The notes under the pieces were generated by a model that saw nothing but the letters and a program-made list of their open reading frames with translations, was not told where the DNA came from and did not search any database. From Octopus bimaculoides (lineage: Eukaryota), in NCBI RefSeq assembly GCF_001194135.2, contig NC_068983.1:64794213-64835194 (forward strand): 40,982 nucleotides of DNA, written 5' to 3'. Below, piece after piece: positions 33,956 through 40,982 of the stretch (within the stretch, counting starts at the first letter, position 1; the number at the start of each line of letters is the position of its first letter). The position numbers and the translations under genes are program-made.

Positions 33956-34434
33956 ACATACATATTGACTTTCTTATCTGGTTTGCAGGCTTCAGATGTC
34001 GGAGACACAACGGAGACGACACTTATTTTCCTTAATCAAATACTGCGCTAGTTCATTGGATAAATAACAAACCATTTTGTGAATAATAAAGCAGTGAGTT
34101 TGAATCAGTACGCAAGTCTCATACGTTATTGACATAATAAACTTCTCGAGATAAGAAAGTCAATATGTGNNNNNNNNNNNNNNNNNNNNNNNNNNNNNNN
34201 NNNNNNNNNNNNNNNNNNNNNNNNNNNNNNNNNNNNNNNNNNNNNNNNNNNNNNNNNNNNNNNNNNNNNNNNNNNNNNNNNNNNNNNNNNNNNNNNNNNN
34301 NNNNNNNNNNNNNNNNNNNNNNNNNNNTGTGTGTTTGTGTGTGTATGTGTGTGTGTATGTGTGTGTGTACACATATCAATGTTTAGCTGAATGGTTAAGA
34401 CGTTTGCTTGACAAGTATAAAGTCCGCTGCTAGA
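33184..34434. repeat. Local duplication/inversion cluster A-B...A-B'-A'
   Basis: A at 33184-33319 and 33806-33989 (direct) and 34150-34434 (inverted, spans a gap). B at 33322-33464 and inverted at 34005-34149. Confidence 0.9.
33735..33805 (-). mobile_element. SINE family C fragment
   Basis: Reverse complement TTCTGAGTTCAAATTTTGCCGAGCTCGACTTTGCCTTTC..GTCGATAAAATAAGT includes a B box. Confidence 0.65.
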
Positions 34435-34642
34435 AAAGACTGAATATATACCACAAAATATTTTGTCCAGTGTTCTATTCTGCCAGTTCACCGCCTTCCA
34501 ATATGATTTAAAGTAAGAGCTATAATTACTCCTCAAATTTAAGTTCTAAATGCAGCGGATGTTAGGCAAAATAAGAAGCAAAATCGTAACATTTCCCTCC
34601 ATGGTAAAACGTTCATGATATACGTTCAGGATTTGTGTGTGC

Positions 34643-34683
<41 letters not shown>

Positions 34684-35049
34684 CCATTTGAAATATATGA
34701 ATTTAATTAGCTTAGGTATGTCATAGTGATATCTATGCAAACTCTGAGCTGCAAATTAAAGTTGCCGTGTTAAGAAAATTGAATTCGGATTCAGTAATTC
34801 CAACGATATAAATCTACAAAATAACAATACATCTATCACTACATATTTCGAATTATATACTCGGAAAGACATGACAGCTGCGTATATCTATAGGATTTGT
34901 TCCAATAATGGAACATCTCTCATGTGTAGAGGAGCTGAGGTTTCTAGTCCTACTCTAGTTCCAAAGATGGAGCTTTGTGTCTTTGTTGGAAACTACATAC
35001 TTTACACACATGCGCACACATGCAAGTGCGCGTATGTATTCTCTTTTAT

Positions 35050-35239
35050 TTGATTCAGTTATTTGACTGCGGCCAGGCTGGACCACCAACGTCGTCGAAC
35101 AAATCGATACCAGGATTTATTCTTTGTAAGCCTAGTACTTATGTTATCGGGCTCTTTTACCAAAGCGCTAAGTTTCGGGGTTCACGGACGTAAACACACC
35201 GACATTGTTTTTCAAGCGATGGCGGGGGGACAAACAGAG

Positions 35240-35270
<31 letters not shown>

Positions 35271-35992
35271 ATANNNNNNNNNNNNNNNNNNNNNNNNNNN
35301 NNNNNNNNNNNNNNNNNNNNNNNNNNNNNNNNNNNNNNNNNNNNNNNNNNNNNNNNNNNNNNNNNNNNNNNNNNNNNNNNNNNNNNNNNNNNNNNNNNNN
35401 NNNNNNNNNNNNNNNNNNNNNNNNNNNNNNNNNNNNNNNNNNNNNNNNNNNNNNNNNNNNNNNNNNNNNNNNNNNNNNNNNNNNNNNNNNNNNNNNNNNN
35501 NNNNNNNNNNNNNNNNNNNNNNNNNNNNNNNNNNNNNNNNNNNNNNNNNNNNNNNNNNNNNNNNNNNNNNNNNNNNNNNNNNNNNNNNNNNNNNNNNNNN
35601 NNNNNNNNNNNNNNNNNNNNNNNNNNNNNNNNNNNNNNNNNNNNNNNNNNNNNNNNNNNNNNNNNNNNNNNNNNNNNNNNNNNNNNNNNNNNNNNNNNNN
35701 NNNNNNNNNNNNNNNNNNNNNNNNNNNNNNNNNNNNNNNNNNNNNNNNNNNNNNNNNNNNNNNNNNNNNNNNNNNNNNNNNNNNNNNNNNNNNNNNNNNN
35801 NNNNNTATACATATATATATATATACATATATATATTTATATTTATATATATATCACGTACCCTCCACCAAATTCACTCACAAAGGTTTGGTCGGCTCGA
35901 GGCTATACTAAGAGACACTTGCCCAAGGTATCACGCAGTGGGACTGAACCTGGAACCATGTGGTTGATAAGCAAGCTACTTACCACTCACCC
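35050..35992 (-). mobile_element. SINE family A, full length, internal microsatellite spanning the N gap 35274-35806
   Basis: Head GTGAGTGGTAAGTAGCTTGC...CAGGTTCAGTCCCACTGCGTGATACCTTGGGCAAGTGTC (B box and CORE-like motif); tail at 35050-35245. Confidence 0.85.
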
Positions 35993-35999
35993 AGTTCTC

Positions 36000-36720
36000 T
36001 ATGTATGTATGTATGTACGTATTAATACGTGCATTTTTGAATGTTTTGTTTCATGTCTTCTTATGCATATAATTGCATATCTAGACATGCTCATATATAC
36101 TTGAATGATACATTTCCGAAAAGTTTTAGAGGTTTTCACAGTTTTAATGATTGCAAGGATCTGTAGATTTCAAATCAGCTTCCTATTTTCTTGTTTGAGA
36201 TGCCTAATTTCTCAAGATTGGTATTTAGAGACTGTGTTACATACCACAGTGCTCCAATAGTTATAGGTATAGATATGAACTTGTAATCCGGATAGAATAA
36301 CTACAGATTTCTCAATAGTTCAGCGCAAGTATTCTCATTTTCACTGATCTTCAGCTTCATGTTAACATCGGCTGGGCAGCTGATTTCCACAGCTGCATGC
36401 AGTTTCTTTTCTCTACCCTAAATCCTTATATAAGGTTTATTGCGTTTACATTTTATTGAGGATTTCAATAGGATATCCCACTAGTAATCTTTTTTTATTA
36501 TAAAAGGCTATAACTTCTACCATACTGTGGGTTCTTACTTCTTTGTCCTCGGGGTTGACCTTTCGAAGGTTTTCATTATATAGTATCCTAGCTAGAACAT
36601 CATGTCTTATCGGTGAAAAATATTTTGGACAACTCCTTATGATGTGGGTAATATCTTCTGTTGATATAATATTAACTGGAAGTGACCAATCGCACATTTG
36701 GTGTCGGAGACTATTTATCG
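36000..36720 (-). mobile_element. R4/Dong-like RLE LINE 3' end (copy 2)
   Basis: DTKC...EDITHIIRSCPKYFSPIRHDVLARILYNE..NPEDKEVRTHSMVEV is directly homologous to copy 1, as is the RLE region. The UTR GAGCATGTCTAGATATGCAA is followed by (CATA)n. Confidence 0.8.
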
Positions 36721-37016
36721 AAAATACAATGAATAATATCTCCAACTTTGGTGTCGCAATTATCAACCGTGTTAAATAACTAGTTTATCTTCAGGTGAAT
36801 TAACTGAGTGAGCCTTTTATTCACGATCGTAGTGACGTTTGACTGAAAATTGAATTTATATTGCAGAGAGTTACCACAAACAACATGGCTGGACGCAACA
36901 TGAACAATAATACAAACAAGGTGCAACATGAAGACAATAGCTTAACAAGTAAACAGATTCATTCTAGCTGTAGTTACAGAAGCAACCGTAAATACAAAAC
37001 TCATTTATCTTGGAAT

Positions 37017-37679
37017 TATGTATGTATGTATGTATGTATGTATGCATGTATGTATGTATGTATATATGTATGTATTACATGTATGTATGTATGTATGTAT
37101 GTATATATGTATGTATTATATGTATGTATGCATGTATGTATGTATGTATATATGTATGTATTACATGTATGTATGTATGTATGTATGTATATATGTATGT
37201 ATTATATGTATGTATGCATGTATGTATGTATGTATATATNNNNNNNNNNNNNNNNNNNNNNNNNNNNNNNNNNNNNNNNNNNNNNNNNNNNNNNNNNNNN
37301 NNNNNNNNNNNNNNNNNNNNNNNNNNNNNNNNNNNNNNNNNNNNNNNNNNNNNNNNNNNNNNNNNNNNNNNNNNNNNNNNNNNNNNNNNNNNNNNNNNNN
37401 NNNNNNNNNNNNNNNNNNNNNNNNNNNNNNNNNNNNNNNNNNNNNNNNNNNNNNNNNNNNNNNNNNNNNNNNNNNNNNNNNNNNNNNNNNNNNNNNNNNN
37501 NNNNNNNNNNNNNNNNNNNNNNNNNNNNNNNNNNNNNNNNNNNNNNNNNNNNNNNNNNNNNNNNNNNNNNNNNNNNNNNNNNNNNNNNNNNNNNNNNNNN
37601 NNNNNNNNNNNNNNNNNNNNNNNTATGTATGTATGTATGTATGTATTATATGTATGTATGTATGTATATATGTATGTAT

Positions 37680-37711
<32 letters not shown>

Positions 37712-37744
37712 TGTATGTATATATGTATGTATATATGTATGTAT

Positions 37745-37776
<32 letters not shown>

Positions 37777-37785
37777 TGCATGCAA
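37017..37785. repeat. (TATG)n-derived satellite with 86-bp higher-order periodicity (N gap 37240-37623)
   Basis: GCATG landmarks at 37044, 37130 and 37216; alternating TATTACA/TATTATA subunits. Confidence 0.9.
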
Positions 37786-37875
37786 GTGTGCAAGTCTGTA
37801 TTTGAAACTGAATGTTCCTCTAGCTTATAGTGTCTCACCACTTCAAACTTCAGGTGAGAATTGTCATAAACCGGT

Positions 37876-37906
37876 TTGGTGGTGGTGGTGGTGGTGGTGG
37901 TGGTGG
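37876..37906. repeat. (GGT)n microsatellite
   Basis: Direct run. Confidence 0.9.
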
Positions 37907-38927
37907 CGTTAGTGCGGTGACGCTGTGGCCTTTCGTGAATGCGGTATCTCTTTTGTTTTCATTTGATATTTGTTGATTAACTGTTAGCGTTTCTCTCGTT
38001 ACAGTTTATTTATTGCAGGCTTTATTTTTCTTGCACTTGTTGAGGTGGGTTTTTTTCTTAGACATCTTATCCAACATATATCTATTAATTTATACCACAT
38101 TGTAATTATTTTGTGCTTGTTTTAGTGAACATCTAATTAATTTGTGATTTTCGAACTAACCTCTGAATTTTATACATACAGCCATACCTCCCCACATATA
38201 TACACACATGCACACTTGCAAGCGAACCTGCTTGCACACGCATCTTCAAAATTATTTGATTAATATCAATTAAATCTATTAATACCAAGTAATCGTTACT
38301 TATAAAACTGTGAATATAACAGTTGCACATGGGGAAAGAAACAAATTTTTCAAAATTAAATTTATTATGCTATATTAATTAAATATAAATGAAAGTGTTA
38401 AGCTCGTAGTTATCAAAACTACTTTATTATATTTATTATCAACGAGAAGCAATTTTAAGTAGTAAAGTAATTTTAATTACTACCAGATGAACACTTATTG
38501 AGGTATTGATGTCGTAGAAATGAAACTATATATGTTTACTAATTAAAGGATTTCATTAGATATATTCTGAGATTATATTCAAATACACATGCGCACACAT
38601 ACTCACACACATTTTCATACATACATATACATATAAGTATCCAATTCCATATACATATACATATATATATATATATATATATGCATGTATAAACACATGT
38701 TCACAAATATACACAAATTTATATATATGAATTGGGTACCCTCTGAAAAGAAAAAAAAATCTGTATCGTCTCGTATATATTATTTGATAAGTAAGCGTAT
38801 AAGTAAGCGTATAAATGATATCCAGTTATAAATTTGGTAGTTTTATACTAGGAAACTGTTTGTCTGCGGGATATATAAAGAAAATTTTGAACACTATTAG
38901 TAACTTCAATATAATGATGTGATAAGA

Positions 38928-39125
38928 TGACGAGCTTGTAGAGTTGTTAGCGCCGGAAAAAATGCTTAGCGGCAATTTGTCCATCACCTCATTCTGAGGT
39001 CGACTTTGATTTTCCTCATTTCGGAGTCGGTAAGGTAAGTACCAGTTGGTCACGGAGGTGGGGGGTAGATGTAATCGCTTTACCCTCTTCCTCGAAATTG
39101 CTAGCCTGGTGTCCATATTTTAAAT
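38928..39125 (+). mobile_element. SINE family C, near full length, B-box region deleted
   Basis: GACGAGCTTGTAGAGTTGTTAGCGCCGG..ATGCTTAGCGGCA...CTGAGGTCGACTTTG...TAAGTACCAGTTG...GATGTAATCG. Confidence 0.7.
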
Positions 39126-39184
39126 CGATATAATGACGTCCTAATAATAATCATTTCTAAATTATTATTTCTAAACAGTAATTT

Positions 39185-39520
39185 TCAGGGACGTCGATTG
39201 CACCCACCCCACTACTTAACTAGTACTCTTTTTTTTTTACTCTGAAAGAATGAAATGCAGAGTCATCGACAGTGATGCTTGGTCTCAGATTGTAAGTTTT
39301 CTGCCCACCACATGAACTGCAAAAGCTGTAAATGCTTCACTTTTTGGCATGAGAACTGCAACATAAAGGGAGAAGCAAATTTCTCTTTTGGCTTCAGTAC
39401 TTCACTAGTACTTCTTCTTTTCGACCCTAAAAGGATAAATGACCTTGGCGGCATTTGAATTTCGCGCGTAAAAATCTTAAAGAAATGATGCTAAGTACTT
39501 TAACCGACGCGCTGATAATT
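39185..39520 (-). mobile_element. Two further decayed SINE family C fragments
   Basis: GTCGATTGCAC..AACTAGTACT..CTGAAAGAATGAAATGCAGAGTC (about 39185-39270) and TTTCGACCCTAAAAGG..CCTTGGCGGCATTTGAA..GCTAAGTA (about 39400-39520). Confidence 0.5.
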
Positions 39521-40249
39521 CAACAAAATTATCACTTCACAGTCATATCAACACTAACAAGTACAACAGAAATATAATTAATGATATATTTTATTACATC
39601 TATCGAAGACTCCCAACTTTTTGAAGAGCTCACTTTCAAAATTAGATATATGCATCTGAATGACTTTTGAGTAATTATCTAAATCAACTTGAATATATCT
39701 GATATGGATTGGAAGACTAAGATTTGCCTACTTCCTATATGCCATCTATCCCAGTTTGACTGAGAAACATTTCAGGTGCGTGAAGTCAGCAGCTTAAAGA
39801 TTGTGTTTTAATGGTTATCATGAAATCGGCCAAATATGCACTCACATCGGTTTCCAAAGTAAGCTTCTCAATTGTTTTGCCACGCAAGCAGTTTATGAAA
39901 TTGACGTAAAAACACGCATTCTACCATGACGCACGTGAATTTATATTCTAATAAAGATAAACACGTTGTGTAATAGAACTGAAGAGAGGGAGACAACGTC
40001 GCACTGGAGTTTTATTTAGAAATGTGATATGGAAGCTTTATAAATCTTCAACGGAGACGCTATGAAAGTACTCATATATGAACAATAATTGATATTATTT
40101 GATTATAAATCGAATATTTTTTAGAACTGCTTTTAGATTTAACAGAGGGGTGGAAATCGGTTATGATAAAGTTACCGTATATGTAGCATCATAATACCTA
40201 CATGATTACATAATACATATATACATACATATATACACGCATACATTTT

Positions 40250-40715
40250 GAAAAATGAAGGAAACAATATTTTACGTGTCGGCAGCGAGTTGCCCAGGAA
40301 GCAATCGGTTCCCGATGATCTTCCATACAGTCCGAAGACATCTGAACAAGTATTCATCGAAGAAGGCTGGAGGTGAAACGCCCAGCATACCACAAAAGGA
40401 CCATTCTTGTGTGTTTTTCAAAAAAAACTTTGAAGAAGACAGTAATGTTGATATAAAGCGAAACCTCTCATGGATTCATTTGCAATCCAAGAACATGTGA
40501 TTGCTACAGAATACCTAATAAAATAACAGGTGATTGCTTTGGAATACCTAACGAACAAAAGAGACAATGAAGCACTTGGTGTTCCAAGATGAAACCAAAA
40601 CTGTGGAAGACATAACACACATGATTAGCAACTGCTCAAAAATGTCACCAATGTATTATTTCTCTTTGCAACATACCGTTGTCACAAAACAATATACAAT
40701 GACAAGCGTTAAAAA
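40250..40715 (+). mobile_element. R4/Dong-like LINE internal fragment (copy 3)
   Basis: FAIQEHVIATEYL (cf. FAIQEQ.I.T..Y in R4-clade proteins), then TVEDITHMISNCSKMSPMYYFSLQHTVV, homologous to copies 1 and 2. Confidence 0.75.
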
Positions 40716-40904
40716 GAGTCTATCCCTGAATAGATTTCGAGAATTCTATTGCTGTTGAATGTGAATACAAACGCAAATAGAGAGAATACTAATACAATAT
40801 TCCCATCAAAACATTCAACGTTTACATGCAAATCTTCACTAAATAGATACGGTGTGACACAGAATGCAACGCGTCAGCATTTACAACGCATTTTGCTACA
40901 GTAC

Positions 40905-40982
40905 GAGGACTGAAGCAACATGAAATAAAGTGTCTTCATCAAGGACAAAACCCGCCACTAGGAAACGAACTTACGACCTTAC
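40905..40982 (-). mobile_element. SINE family B head/CORE fragment, cut by the window end
   Basis: Reverse complement GTAAGGTCGTAAGTTCGTTTCC (B box)...GTCCTTGATGAAGACACTTTATTTCATGTTGCTTCAG. Confidence 0.6.

Overview
AT-rich, microsatellite-dense eukaryotic draft-assembly DNA with many N gaps. The repeat content looks like an octopus/cephalopod genome; this is inferred from SINE and LINE families I recognise from memory and was not checked. No intact host protein-coding gene, rRNA, functional tRNA or CRISPR array could be supported. The window is mostly decayed mobile elements: three pieces of an R4/Dong-like RLE LINE, a Hero-like RLE LINE, two CR1-group LINE copies, a Penelope-like element (PLE) interrupted by a fold-back mariner, a Buster-type hAT transposon, a mariner-type MITE, at least three tRNA-derived SINE families, and possible Helitron and RTE remnants. 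The most interesting signals are: (i) a tandem/inverted repeat fusing a Pol III tRNA-like head to a minimal hammerhead-ribozyme-like tail (10.0-10.6 kb), and a second inverted hammerhead-like pair (29.4-30.2 kb); (ii) association of the R4-like LINE with (CATA)n microsatellites; (iii) a mariner whose 3' end is replaced by an inverted copy of its 5' end; (iv) an old local inverted triplication (33.2-34.4 kb). All protein homologies were recognised by eye from motifs; no database searches were run, and element boundaries are approximate.
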